From sequence record OL310488.1: a stretch of 64,000 nt of DNA. One strand, written 5' to 3'. The position numbers were made by a program, and so were the translations under genes. The notes below the pieces were generated by a model. That model was not told where the DNA came from. It made no database searches and saw nothing but the letters and a program-made list of their open reading frames with translations. Origin of the DNA: Escherichia phage EC101. Shown here piece after piece: positions 31,790 to 43,726 of this stretch (within the stretch, counting starts at the first letter, position 1; every line of letters begins with the position of its first letter).

Positions 31790-32520
31790 TGAATTATCAA
31801 AAAATCTATAACGACCTAATTTCCCGAGCTCAGGCTCGGGAATCTTTACTAGAATATAAAGAGACACATCATATAATCCCTAAATGTATGGGAGGTTCTG
31901 ATGATAAGGAAAATTTAGTTGAATTAACAGCCAGAGAACATTTTATAGCTCATCTATTACTATGTAAGATAAATGAAGGCCATTTTGGTCTTGCCTCTGC
32001 GTTAACGTTAATGGCAACAGATAAAGCTGGCAATAGAATTAATAACAGATTGTACAGCTTACACAGAAAATTATTTGCTAAAGCTAATTCTGAGTTCTTT
32101 AAGAAATATTGGAAAAATAATCCTCATCCTAAAGGGATGCTAGGCAAGCATCATAAAAACGAAACTAAACAGCATGTATCTAACGTGAATAGATATGCGT
32201 GCCCATCTGTAGAAATACATAAATTCTCATTAGATGGGGATTTCATAGAAACCTTTCACTCTATTGCGGCAGCGTCCCGGTCAGTTAATGGAAACGGGTC
32301 AAATATCAAATATTGTGCCGAGGGTAAATTTCAATATGCTTATGGATTTAGATGGTCATATCAACTTGATGCAAAGTTTGACAAAATAAAACCAAGAGAT
32401 TATAAAGGAATCCGCGGTAAGAAATGGATTAATAATGGAAGTGAATGCACGCTTATAGGTAAAGATGATATTATACCGCTAGGTTGGAAACACGGCAGAA
32501 TTTTAAAGAGGAAAAATTAA
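31789..32520 (+). CDS. mobE: free-standing HNH homing endonuclease (MobE-like)
   Basis: 243-aa ORF between nrdA and nrdB with overlapping start and stop codons; HNH motif HHIIPKCMGGSDDKENLVELTAREHFIAH. Confidence 0.8.
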   Translation: MNYQKIYNDLISRAQARESLLEYKETHHIIPKCMGGSDDKENLVELTAREHFIAHLLLCKINEGHFGLASALTLMATDKAGNRINNRLYSLHRKLFAKANSEFFKKYWKNNPHPKGMLGKHHKNETKQHVSNVNRYACPSVEIHKFSLDGDFIETFHSIAAASRSVNGNGSNIKYCAEGKFQYAYGFRWSYQLDAKFDKIKPRDYKGIRGKKWINNGSECTLIGKDDIIPLGWKHGRILKRKN

Positions 32521-33698
32521 TGTCTACAGTTTTTAATACAAATCCAGTTGATGTTTTAAAAGAACCTATGTTTTTTGGTTCAGGTCTTGGTATTGCGCGT
32601 TATGATATTCAACGTCATAAAGTTTTTGAAGATTTAACCGAAAAGCAATTATCATTTTTCTGGCGTCCTGAAGAAGTAAACTTGATGATGGATGCTGCAC
32701 AGTTTAATAAGCTTCCTCAGTACCAGCAAAATATTTTTACTAACAACCTGAAGTATCAATCACTTTTAGATAGCATTCAGGGTCGTGCGCCGTCTGCTGT
32801 ACTTATGTCATTAATTTCAGACCCAAGTCTTGATACATGGGTTGCTACATGGACTTTTAGTGAAACTATTCACAGTCGTTCATATACTCATATCATGCGA
32901 AATCTTTATACTGATCCATCGAAGGTATTTGATGAGATTGTATTAGATGAAGCTATTATGAAACGTGCTGAATCCATTGGACGTTATTATGATGATGTTC
33001 TGATTAAAACTCGTTATTGGGAAAACGCTAAAGCTGATATCGAATACCAAAAAGAAATTAATGCAGACGAAGACGTTATTGAAGATGCTATTGAGCATGA
33101 GACATATTGGAAGCGTGAGCTAATGAAATCTCTTTACCTCTGTTTGCATGTAATCAACGCATTGGAAGCTATTCGTTTTTATGTATCTTTTGCATGTACC
33201 TTTAACTTCCATAAGAACATGGAAATCATGGAAGGTAATGCCAAGATTATGAAGTTCATTGCACGCGATGAACAGCTTCACCTTAAAGGCACCCAATATA
33301 TTATTCGTCAACTTCAATCTGGTACTGATGGCGATCAATGGGTTAAAATTGCTCAAGAGTGTGAACAAGAAGCAGTTGATATTTTCATGGAAGTTAACCG
33401 CCAAGAAAAAGATTGGGCAGTTCATTTATTTAAAGATGGAGATGTTCCTGGATTAAATACAAATAGCATGTGGAGCTTTATTGATTACTTAACTGTATCT
33501 CGTATGAAACAGTGTGGTCTTCCATGCCCAATTACCGATGCTCCGGTTAAACATCCATATCCTTGGATTCGTGAATATCTTAATTCTGATAATGTTCAAT
33601 CCGCGCCACAAGAAGTAGAACTGTCATCTTATCTTGTTGCACAGATTGATAATGATGTTGATGATAAAGTTATGATGAGTTTTAAAAAATACTTTTAA
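32520..33698 (+). CDS. nrdB: aerobic ribonucleoside-diphosphate reductase, beta subunit (uninterrupted, no intron)
   Basis: 392 aa from the ATG overlapping the mobE stop; sequence MSTVFNTNPVDVL...; continuous reading frame. Confidence 0.95.
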   Translation: MSTVFNTNPVDVLKEPMFFGSGLGIARYDIQRHKVFEDLTEKQLSFFWRPEEVNLMMDAAQFNKLPQYQQNIFTNNLKYQSLLDSIQGRAPSAVLMSLISDPSLDTWVATWTFSETIHSRSYTHIMRNLYTDPSKVFDEIVLDEAIMKRAESIGRYYDDVLIKTRYWENAKADIEYQKEINADEDVIEDAIEHETYWKRELMKSLYLCLHVINALEAIRFYVSFACTFNFHKNMEIMEGNAKIMKFIARDEQLHLKGTQYIIRQLQSGTDGDQWVKIAQECEQEAVDIFMEVNRQEKDWAVHLFKDGDVPGLNTNSMWSFIDYLTVSRMKQCGLPCPITDAPVKHPYPWIREYLNSDNVQSAPQEVELSSYLVAQIDNDVDDKVMMSFKKYF

Positions 33699-33703
33699 GG
33701 AGT

Positions 33704-33719
33704 GGGCCGCAAGGCCCAT
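33704..33719 (+). other. GC-rich hairpin (TGGGCC-GCAA-GGCCCA) between nrdB and denA, followed by TTTTATT
   Basis: perfect 6-bp stem with GNRA loop sitting between an AAGGAG SD-like element and the denA ATG. Confidence 0.6.
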
Positions 33720-33725
33720 TTTATT

Positions 33726-35313
<1,588 letters not shown>

Positions 35314-35316
35314 GTT

Positions 35317-35346
35317 GTTTACAAGTCCCTCGTGTTGTGTTATAGT
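35317..35346 (+). promoter_or_regulatory. T4-type early promoter for alc (copy 1 of a 54-bp repeated promoter-leader module)
   Basis: GTTTACAAGTCCCTCGTGTTGTGTTATAGTAG; the 54-bp module is repeated exactly at 51092..51145. Confidence 0.5.
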
Positions 35347-35377
35347 AGTCTTACTGACATAACATGAGGACTTTATG

Positions 35378-35881
35378 ATGGATTTGCAGCTTATTACTAC
35401 TGAAATGGTCGTTGAAGCATACGGTGATACTACAGATGGGATTTCTGTATTCAAAGGAAATCGTCGAGTTGGATATATCACCGATCTTAAGAAAGATTTA
35501 GCTAAGCAAGTCAAGCGGAAAACGACCATTAAAGAATATCGAAATCGTCGTCTTGAGCAAGCCCGTGACATGCTTCCTGATGCGGTTGAGGAGATGAAAG
35601 TCTTTTTAGAAAATCAACTCGCTAAGTATGAGTGTGAAGTATTCATTAATCAGACTCAGCCTAATGTTCATATCAATAGCTGTAAATGCTATATCATCGT
35701 TAATCCTTTGACGGGAAAACATCGTCTTGGAATTAGTAATCCAAATCGTAGTGCATCGGATATGGCAGAAGATGTTGAGGCATGCTTTAAAATTTCTAAA
35801 TCTCCAGCTGAACATCATATTTTAATTAACGGTCTTTCTCAAGACGATATTGTAGAGGTTATTAAAACTTTATGCATGTAA
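35378..35881 (+). CDS. alc: Alc (terminates host transcription on cytosine-containing DNA)
   Basis: 167 aa from the second ATG; sequence MDLQLITTEMVVEAYG... consistent with T4 Alc. Confidence 0.9.
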   Translation: MDLQLITTEMVVEAYGDTTDGISVFKGNRRVGYITDLKKDLAKQVKRKTTIKEYRNRRLEQARDMLPDAVEEMKVFLENQLAKYECEVFINQTQPNVHINSCKCYIIVNPLTGKHRLGISNPNRSASDMAEDVEACFKISKSPAEHHILINGLSQDDIVEVIKTLCM

Positions 35882-36225
35882 GTAATTTTACAGCTGGATT
35901 GCTATTACTTGTAATAGCATTTGGCGGAACATCTATTATTTTAAAAAATAAGGTAGAAAGATTAGAAACATCAGTTACTGAAATTACAAAAACAGCCAAT
36001 GAAAACGCTTTAGCATTAAATAATTTGCGAATTCAGTATAATTATATTGATGCGATGAATAATAAAAATCGTGAGGCAATTGCTGCTATTGAGCGTGAAA
36101 ATGAAAAACTGCGCAAAGATGCAAAGAAGGCGGATGTGGTGGCTTATAAGCCAGGATTGGTTGAAAAACAAATCAACAACTCCTTCAACAAGTTCGCAGA
36201 AGACATCCAGGACCTTTCTAAATGA
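35872..36225 (+). CDS. pseT.3: i-spanin (inner-membrane spanin subunit; T4 PseT.3 equivalent)
   Basis: 117-aa ORF with an N-terminal TM helix and a coiled-coil periplasmic domain; directly followed by a lipoprotein ORF. Confidence 0.75.
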   Translation: MHVSNFTAGLLLLVIAFGGTSIILKNKVERLETSVTEITKTANENALALNNLRIQYNYIDAMNNKNREAIAAIERENEKLRKDAKKADVVAYKPGLVEKQINNSFNKFAEDIQDLSK

Positions 36226-36521
36226 TTAAACTATCGGCAGTAATATTATCTATTGGTCTTCTAGTTGGTTGTTCGACAAAGCCTCTAGAAGTAAAGAAAG
36301 AAACAGTTCATCCCAATTGGCCTGTGCAAATAAAGTCATATGATGAAGCTAAACTATCTTGGCAAGTTAAAGTTATCGATGGTAAAGCTTGGGTCGGTAT
36401 GCCATTTGAAGATTCTCAGGAATTTCGTATTTGGCTTAATGATGTAAAACGATATGTACATGATCAGAAAACTATGATATGTTATTATCGTCAAGAGTTA
36501 AAAGAGGATAAATGCAAATGA
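36222..36521 (+). CDS. pseT.2: o-spanin (outer-membrane lipoprotein spanin subunit; T4 PseT.2 equivalent)
   Basis: 99-aa ORF; signal peptide with lipobox LVGC (MIKLSAVILSIGLLVGCS); ATGA overlap with the i-spanin. Confidence 0.75.
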   Translation: MIKLSAVILSIGLLVGCSTKPLEVKKETVHPNWPVQIKSYDEAKLSWQVKVIDGKAWVGMPFEDSQEFRIWLNDVKRYVHDQKTMICYYRQELKEDKCK

Positions 36522-36744
36522 TTTCATGGCATCAATTTGAGCATCTCAAAGGATTGATTTATGAATCCGAGATGGCTGCAATGATTTATGGACGCCAGAT
36601 TCAGCGATTAGAATCTTTACCTCCAACTAATGATGTTTTATTAGCTCAATCACGTGCTAATCTTAAAAATGAATACCAAAATAAGTGGGGCAAAGCATCT
36701 AAAGACCTGCATGATTATATTCAATCATTGGTTGAGAAAAATAA

Positions 36745-36748
<4 letters not shown>
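36512..36748 (+). CDS. hypothetical protein (78 aa)
   Basis: overlapping start and stop codons within the operon. Confidence 0.6.
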
Positions 36749-37966
<1,218 letters not shown>

Positions 37967-37967
<1 letters not shown>

Positions 37968-38164
37968 TGGCTTGGCACCATGAAACTTGGGCTATTGTTA
38001 TTGTAAATAGCAGTTTAGTTGGTACTAGTAATGGGCAATTTTGTGTATTTACTAGTGAAAATAGAGCATGGGAGGAATGCCTTAAATTAAGAGAAAAGAA
38101 TCCTGATGTTGAACTAGTAGTAAAGAAAACTAAACTGCCTTTACCATGGAAAACGTATGAATAA
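37967..38164 (+). CDS. hypothetical protein (65 aa)
   Basis: ATG overlapping the pseT stop (TAATG); track ORF trimmed. Confidence 0.5.
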
Positions 38165-38357
38165 CCTAGAAAAGATTTATCGTCTTTGTGATAAAATTGA
38201 AAAAGAAAAGAAATATCTATTTTGTCTATGGCCTATTGTTGACGGAAGAGTAGGCCTAGATGTTCTTGATTATGAAACAGAAGACAAAGTAGATGGCGCA
38301 ACTTTTGATAACGCTTTGGATGTTATTGATTGGCTTGAAGAAAATTATGTGAGGTAA
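38157..38357 (+). CDS. hypothetical protein (66 aa)
   Basis: ORF with overlapping start. Confidence 0.55.
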   Translation: MNNLEKIYRLCDKIEKEKKYLFCLWPIVDGRVGLDVLDYETEDKVDGATFDNALDVIDWLEENYVR

Positions 38358-38359
38358 AT

Positions 38360-38635
38360 ATGTTTCCGACTTACTCTAAAATCGTAGAAGTAGTGTTTAG
38401 CCAAATTATCGCTAATAATATGTTTGAAAAACTTGATAACGCAGCTGAGCTTCGAATCCATGCTCAAGTGACTCATGTATTGAACACTTTGCTTCCAGAC
38501 CAGGTGGATTCTGTTGCCATCACGTTGTATCCAGGTTCCGCGCATATCATTGTCGTATTCGGTCTTGATGCTGAGCTAGTCATCAAAGGCGATATTCGCT
38601 TTGAATCACAGACATCAGAATTCAAAGCAATTTAA
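38360..38635 (+). CDS. hypothetical protein (91 aa)
   Basis: GAGG SD. Confidence 0.55.
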   Translation: MFPTYSKIVEVVFSQIIANNMFEKLDNAAELRIHAQVTHVLNTLLPDQVDSVAITLYPGSAHIIVVFGLDAELVIKGDIRFESQTSEFKAI

Positions 38636-38636
38636 A

Positions 38637-38666
38637 GTTTACTTTACGGTAGAGTTGTGATATTAT
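38637..38666 (+). promoter_or_regulatory. T4-type early promoter
   Basis: GTTTAC ... GTGATATTATAG. Confidence 0.5.
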
Positions 38667-38696
38667 AGCTCTACCAAAACAAACGAGGAAATTGAA

Positions 38697-39224
38697 ATGA
38701 GCGAATGGTTTGAAGAAGATAAGGTTTATCGCTTTAAAACTGGGTATAAAGATATTTTTAATGAAACTTGCGGGGCTAATAAACGAATTGCCCAGTTTAT
38801 TGGGGAAAATTCATTTAAAGTAAAAATAGATCCTGCGAAAAATGTTATTAGCATTAAACGCGAAATTGATGATTGTTGGTATAAAGCTGTTGATGTAATG
38901 GGTGAATCCTATAAAGTTAGCCCGTTATTTTCAATTGCTTATATGTTAGAATATTCTTTTTTCGAAGAAGTTCAAAAAGATGATTCTGTAAGTAAATTTG
39001 AAATTAAAACTGATAAAGAAATTAAGTGGAAAGTAGTAGGTATTACTGGTTGTATGTTCTATATCTATGCTCAAACTGATACGAAGGAAGAAGCTAAAAA
39101 GAAAGCTCTAGAATATCTTGAAGAGCATGAAGAAGGCCCGGTAATGATTACCCAAGATGCTGAATTAGTTTCTGTCAAATTAGTTAAAAACGTTGAAAGT
39201 AAGGAGCTGGGATCAACATGCTAA
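38697..39224 (+). CDS. hypothetical protein (175 aa)
   Basis: GAGGAAATTGAA-ATG; no recognisable domain. Confidence 0.65.
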   Translation: MSEWFEEDKVYRFKTGYKDIFNETCGANKRIAQFIGENSFKVKIDPAKNVISIKREIDDCWYKAVDVMGESYKVSPLFSIAYMLEYSFFEEVQKDDSVSKFEIKTDKEIKWKVVGITGCMFYIYAQTDTKEEAKKKALEYLEEHEEGPVMITQDAELVSVKLVKNVESKELGSTC

Positions 39225-39454
39225 GTGAAAAACCAATTACTGTTAAAGAATTCCAAGAAAAAGTTAAACTATTTGCGCAGGAATTAGTAAATAAGGTTTC
39301 TGAACGATTTCCCGAAACATCGGTTCGTGTTATTACCGAAACTCCTCGTTCAGTATTAGTAATTGTGAATCCAGGTGATGGTGACCAAATAACACATCTC
39401 AAATTGGATTTTGATGGATTAGTTGAAGCACAAAGGGTGTATGGCGTACTATGA
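39218..39454 (+). CDS. hypothetical protein (78 aa)
   Basis: ORF with overlapping start. Confidence 0.6.
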   Translation: MLSEKPITVKEFQEKVKLFAQELVNKVSERFPETSVRVITETPRSVLVIVNPGDGDQITHLKLDFDGLVEAQRVYGVL

Positions 39455-39789
39455 TGAATTTAACTGATATAATTGATAATTGTCTTGAAAATGATACTGG
39501 CGATCATAGAGCGCTTGACTCTGAAACAGCAAAGTTCATTAGAATAACTTTAATGAATGATACTTTGGTGAATAGTATTCATCCTTCTGTGTATGATGCT
39601 ATTATTGTGACGAAGTATCCGGTTGAGCTTCACAAAAAGATGGTTGGCGCAATTTTTATTGATAAGAAAAACCGCTTTAAAGATGGGCAGAATATAATTA
39701 GTTCTGTTATTAAAAGTATAACTAAACTTCGTCACGAAATTTATCGTGTTGAAACTGCTAAATCTGCTTATCTGGTGATTATGAAATGA
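39451..39789 (+). CDS. hypothetical protein (112 aa)
   Basis: ATGA overlaps at both ends. Confidence 0.6.
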   Translation: MMNLTDIIDNCLENDTGDHRALDSETAKFIRITLMNDTLVNSIHPSVYDAIIVTKYPVELHKKMVGAIFIDKKNRFKDGQNIISSVIKSITKLRHEIYRVETAKSAYLVIMK

Positions 39790-40367
39790 AAGCGAGTACA
39801 GTACTTCAAATTGCATATTTAGTATCACAAGAATCAAAATGTTGCTCCTGGAAAGTAGGAGCAGTAATTGAAAAGAATGGACGTATTATTTCTACTGGAT
39901 ATAATGGTTCACCTGCAGGTGGTGTGAACTGTTGTGATTATGCTGCTGAGCAAGGTTGGTTGCTGAATAAACCTAAACATACTATCATTCAAGGTCATAA
40001 GCCTGAATGTGTATCGTTTGGTTCAACTGATCGTTTTGTATTGGCGAAAGAACATCGTAGCGCGCACTCTGAATGGTCGTCTAAAAATGAAATTCATGCT
40101 GAACTAAATGCGATTTTGTTTGCTGCACGAAACGGTTCTTCAATTGAAGGTGCTACTATGTATGTAACACTTTCTCCTTGCCCAGATTGTGCAAAAGCAA
40201 TAGCTCAATCTGGAATTAAAAAGCTGGTTTATTGTGAAACATACGATAAAAATAAACCTGGCTGGGATGATATTCTGCGAAATGCAGGTATTGAAGTGTT
40301 TAATGTTCCTAAGAAAAACTTGAATAAGTTAAACTGGGAAAATATCAACGAATTCTGTGGTGAATAA
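39786..40367 (+). CDS. cd: dCMP deaminase
   Basis: 193-aa ORF; zinc-binding motifs HAE...PCxxC (HAELNAILFAA, SPCPDCAKAIA); matches T4 Cd. Confidence 0.95.
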   Translation: MKASTVLQIAYLVSQESKCCSWKVGAVIEKNGRIISTGYNGSPAGGVNCCDYAAEQGWLLNKPKHTIIQGHKPECVSFGSTDRFVLAKEHRSAHSEWSSKNEIHAELNAILFAARNGSSIEGATMYVTLSPCPDCAKAIAQSGIKKLVYCETYDKNKPGWDDILRNAGIEVFNVPKKNLNKLNWENINEFCGE

Positions 40368-40603
40368 TGAAATTTCGTTTGGTACAGCTCACAGCAATTA
40401 GTTCTTATTCTAATGAGAATATTTCATTTGCTGTAGAGTATAAGAAATATTTTTTCTCTAAATGGAAGCAGTATTATAAGTCAGAATGGGTTTGTATTGA
40501 TAGACCATATAGTTGGAAATCTGATTTAGAAAAATGCCAAAAATTACTTTCCACTCTTAAAGAACGTGGAACAACTCATATTAAAACTGTAATAGGTAAA
40601 TAA
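40367..40603 (+). CDS. hypothetical protein (78 aa)
   Basis: ORF with overlapping start and stop. Confidence 0.6.
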   Translation: MKFRLVQLTAISSYSNENISFAVEYKKYFFSKWKQYYKSEWVCIDRPYSWKSDLEKCQKLLSTLKERGTTHIKTVIGK

Positions 40604-40912
40604 ATGAAACTGACGACTGAACAAAAAGTAGCAATTCGTGAAATTTTGAAAACTAAATTGTCCATGGGTGTTTCAAACGTAGTTTTTGAAAAGTCTGACG
40701 GTACTATTCGTGTTATGAAAGGTACTCGCGACGCGGACTTTATGCCAACCATGCAAACTGGCAAATTGACTGAATCTACTCGGAAAGAATCTACTGACAT
40801 GATTCCGGTATTTGATGTTGAGCTTGGTGCATGGCGAGGTTTTTCTATTGACAAATTGATTTCCGTTAATGGTATGAAAGTTGAGCATTTGCTCCAATTT
40901 ATTGGTAAATAA
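40604..40912 (+). CDS. hypothetical protein (102 aa)
   Basis: ORF immediately after the preceding stop. Confidence 0.6.
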   Translation: MKLTTEQKVAIREILKTKLSMGVSNVVFEKSDGTIRVMKGTRDADFMPTMQTGKLTESTRKESTDMIPVFDVELGAWRGFSIDKLISVNGMKVEHLLQFIGK

Positions 40913-40968
40913 ATGCTTTAAGAATTATTTGTTATTATTAATTCATCTGTTAACAAAAAGGAAAAACG

Positions 40969-41304
40969 ATGTCTGAAGTACAACAGCTACCAATTCGTGC
41001 TGTCGGTGAATATGTTATTTTAGTTTCTGAACCTGCACAAGCCGGTGATGAAGAAGTTACAGAATCAGGACTTATTATCGGTAAACGTGTTCAAGGTGAA
41101 GTTCCTGAACTGTGTGTAGTTCACTCTGTCGGTCCTGATGTTCCTGAAGGTTTCTGCGAAGTTGGCGATTTGACTTCTCTTCCAGTTGGTCAAATTCGAA
41201 ATGTTCCGCATCCTTTTGTAGCTCTGGGTCTTAAGCAGCCAAAAGAAATTAAACAAAAATTCGTTACCTGTCACTATAAAGCTATTCCGTGTCTTTATAA
41301 GTGA
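40969..41304 (+). CDS. 31: gp31 co-chaperonin (GroES analogue required for capsid protein folding)
   Basis: 111-aa ORF; sequence [22 protein letters not shown]... matches T4 gp31. Confidence 0.9.
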
Positions 41305-41451
41305 TATAAATAATAATATGAATTGGGTGTCGGAATAATAAGTTAACCGAACAATTCTATGTGGTAGTCTACAACTGAGAGATCTGTCGAAAGAAGATGA
41401 AATTCAGAAGAACGTGACTACCGAGTTTTAATCTCTAACGAGAATTTTTAA

Positions 41452-41700
41452 ATGATTAAACAATTACAACACGCTCTTGAACTGCAACGAAACGCATGGA
41501 ATAATGGTCACGAAAACTATGGCGCATCTATTGATGTTGAAGCCGAAGCTCTTGAAATCCTGCGTTATTTCAAACATCTGAATCCTGCTCAAACTGCATT
41601 AGCTGCTGAGCTTCAGGAAAAAGATGAACTTAAATATGCTAAGCCTTTGGCTTCTGCTGCGCGAAAAGCAGTTCGTCACTTTGTGGTAACATTGAAGTAA
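41452..41700 (+). CDS. rIII: rIII lysis inhibition accessory protein
   Basis: 82-aa ORF; sequence matches T4 RIII as recalled. Confidence 0.9.
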   Translation: MIKQLQHALELQRNAWNNGHENYGASIDVEAEALEILRYFKHLNPAQTALAAELQEKDELKYAKPLASAARKAVRHFVVTLK

Positions 41701-41944
41701 TTTATTGGAGATTCACTGCCTTAGTGTGAGCTAAATCGAGGAGCCGTCGAACTGTCTGATTAATGATTTGCGAATCATTATAGTTTTAAGACCCCGGCAG
41801 TTTTACGGTGTACCTCTTGAATGTGAATGATGACGGGTTTATGGTTATCCTGGTCGTTAAATATCCAAAAACCTATGTTCCCCTTGAGGGCTTGCGCAGG
41901 CAATGCCAATAAGTCCTGCATTTTCATTTAAAAGAGAATTTATA

Positions 41945-42121
41945 ATGGCAAAACAAGCTAAAGCAAAGAAAGCAGTTGAAAAGAAAGTTGGTGATTCTAA
42001 ACGCGCTGGCTACAAGCGTGGGTCGAACTCTCGTATCAATCAAACTGTTGAGAAGATCATGCGCCGAGCACGTGCGGTTCTTCGAGATGATGCTTCTCGT
42101 TTTGGTAAGCAGAAAGCATAA
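41945..42121 (+). CDS. small highly basic protein (58 aa; track ORF extends upstream to 41903)
   Basis: MAKQAKAKKAVEKKVGDSKRAGYKRGS...; Lys/Arg-rich; followed by a strong terminator. Confidence 0.5.
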   Translation: MAKQAKAKKAVEKKVGDSKRAGYKRGSNSRINQTVEKIMRRARAVLRDDASRFGKQKA

Positions 42122-42126
42122 GTTGA

Positions 42127-42155
42127 GGACTCCTTCGGGAGTCCTTTTTTATTTT
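42127..42155 (+). terminator. intrinsic terminator (GGACTCC-TTCG-GGAGTCC followed by T-run)
   Basis: 7-bp stem, UUCG loop, TTTTTTATTTT. Confidence 0.85.
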
Positions 42156-42174
42156 CCAAAGATTGCATAAAGTT

Positions 42175-42207
42175 GTTTACAGTATGGTTCCTTTGTGATA
42201 GTATTAT
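42175..42207 (+). promoter_or_regulatory. T4-type early promoter
   Basis: GTTTAC ... GTGATAGTATTAT. Confidence 0.5.
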
Positions 42208-42231
42208 CTTACACAAACAAAGGAGAATAAA

Positions 42232-42564
42232 ATGAAAACGATTAATCTGAACGCTGCAGTTAAAACTAAATGCTTCAATGGTAAATATGATGAAACTATG
42301 TGGTTCTTAATGGCAGTTGAAGGTGATATTATTGAAGTAGAAACAACAGAAGGTATGGGAACAGATTTCACCTTTACAATTCAAGTTCATAATTTCTTTA
42401 TTGGTTGGATTTATGAATTGAATACAGTAATCGTTGGAAAAATTGAACAAAATGAATTAGGTGAATGGTATTATGTTACAGCTCGCCAACGTGCCGAACG
42501 CTTAATTGAGAAGATGAAAAAAGTTGGTAAACTTGACATGCAGCATTGGAAAGTAGTAAAATAA
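42232..42564 (+). CDS. hypothetical protein (110 aa)
   Basis: AAGGAG SD. Confidence 0.6.
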   Translation: MKTINLNAAVKTKCFNGKYDETMWFLMAVEGDIIEVETTEGMGTDFTFTIQVHNFFIGWIYELNTVIVGKIEQNELGEWYYVTARQRAERLIEKMKKVGKLDMQHWKVVK

Positions 42565-42566
42565 TT

Positions 42567-42595
42567 GTTTACTTTGGTACAGGATATGATATTAT
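42567..42595 (+). promoter_or_regulatory. T4-type early promoter
   Basis: GTTTAC, 17 bp, TATTAT. Confidence 0.5.
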
Positions 42596-42632
42596 ATACC
42601 TGTACCGCAATTAAACATCTTGGAGAATAAAA

Positions 42633-42998
42633 ATGAACTACATCAACTTTGAACGTAAATATGTTTCTAATGGTATTGCAGGTTCTATTGATACTATTTG
42701 CCTTTGGAAACATCAAAATGGATCAGTATGCGAAATTGAGCAGTATATGACTCCTAATTACGTTTATATGCGATTTGAAAACGGTATCACGGTTTCAATC
42801 ACGATGGAAGGTTCCAACTTTAAAATCGCTCTGGATGATGATTTCCGTGAACGCGATTTAGGGACTCATCCTTGCTGGAATGGCGTTAATCGCAAGCTTT
42901 TGGTTAAAACTTGGATTCGTCATATTCTGAGTAACAGAGCTAAACCTGAGCATCTTGAAGCAATCTTTGATGTAGTTCTTAACGAATTTGATATTTAA
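42633..42998 (+). CDS. hypothetical protein (121 aa)
   Basis: GGAGAATAAAA-ATG. Confidence 0.6.
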   Translation: MNYINFERKYVSNGIAGSIDTICLWKHQNGSVCEIEQYMTPNYVYMRFENGITVSITMEGSNFKIALDDDFRERDLGTHPCWNGVNRKLLVKTWIRHILSNRAKPEHLEAIFDVVLNEFDI

Positions 42999-43038
42999 AA
43001 TAAATGAGGGGCTTTGGCCCCTTACTGAGGAAAATGTT

Positions 43039-43326
43039 ATGTTTATGACTACTTATTTTGATACCCGTAAAAACTTCTGCGAAGTAGTTTTCTCAAAGGC
43101 GCCTAAAGACCTTCCTGCACATTTGCAACCTACTAGCGAATCGATTAAAAACTACGTTGATGTGGTTTGTCCTTTAGAGTTTCGTACTGTAAATGGGCGC
43201 GATACTTTAGCTATCACTAAACTCAATCGCGAAATTGACATTGACCCTTCAATTGCGCGTGAAATTAATAGTTCTGATATTAATGGCGGTAATGTTAAAT
43301 CGCACGGTTTTCAGATGAGGTTTTAA
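43039..43326 (+). CDS. hypothetical protein (95 aa)
   Basis: GC hairpin then GAGG SD 8 nt before the ATG; track ORF trimmed. Confidence 0.6.
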   Translation: MFMTTYFDTRKNFCEVVFSKAPKDLPAHLQPTSESIKNYVDVVCPLEFRTVNGRDTLAITKLNREIDIDPSIAREINSSDINGGNVKSHGFQMRF

Positions 43327-43523
43327 TGAAATTCTTTTTAGGTCAAACTGTTGAATTAAAGGGAGTTGGTATACCTGGATTAATTTCTAAGGTTCTACCT
43401 TCGTTTAAATGGAGTGGTATTCAAATAAAAGAGGCTTATATTGTTTCTTGGGTAGATGGAAATGAAGACCTTCGTATGGGCGATGAATTATCTCCTATCT
43501 ACGGATTAAAGGAATTAGTATGA
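43326..43523 (+). CDS. hypothetical protein (65 aa)
   Basis: TAATG overlap. Confidence 0.55.
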   Translation: MKFFLGQTVELKGVGIPGLISKVLPSFKWSGIQIKEAYIVSWVDGNEDLRMGDELSPIYGLKELV

Positions 43524-43726
43524 ATATAATTAATAAGATTTTTGGAATTCAGTACATTAAGGTCACATATAAAGTAACAGATAAAAATCCATATACCGAT
43601 GAACATGAAGAACCACAAATTGAGTCTATTATATTAGAAAAAGGCAGTGACTGGCCAGTTGAATTTCGTCTACCAAACTATGGTCATTGGGCTGATGTTG
43701 AAATTATAAGCATTGAAAATGTCTGA
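43520..43726 (+). CDS. hypothetical protein (68 aa)
   Basis: ATGA overlap. Confidence 0.55.
   Translation: MNIINKIFGIQYIKVTYKVTDKNPYTDEHEEPQIESIILEKGSDWPVEFRLPNYGHWADVEIISIENV

Noticed and set aside
32484-33698. N-terminally extended track ORFs for nrdB, rnlA (34153), denA (33702), rnh (21329), td (27079) and 33 (22508)
   Set aside because: Extensions begin at non-ATG codons inside upstream genes; the internal ATGs with proper SD spacing reproduce the known T4 protein N-termini.
41903-42121. 72-aa version of the basic-protein ORF starting at 41903
   Set aside because: N-terminal 14 codons are poorly supported (distant SD); the ATG at 41945 is the more likely start, though neither has a strong SD.
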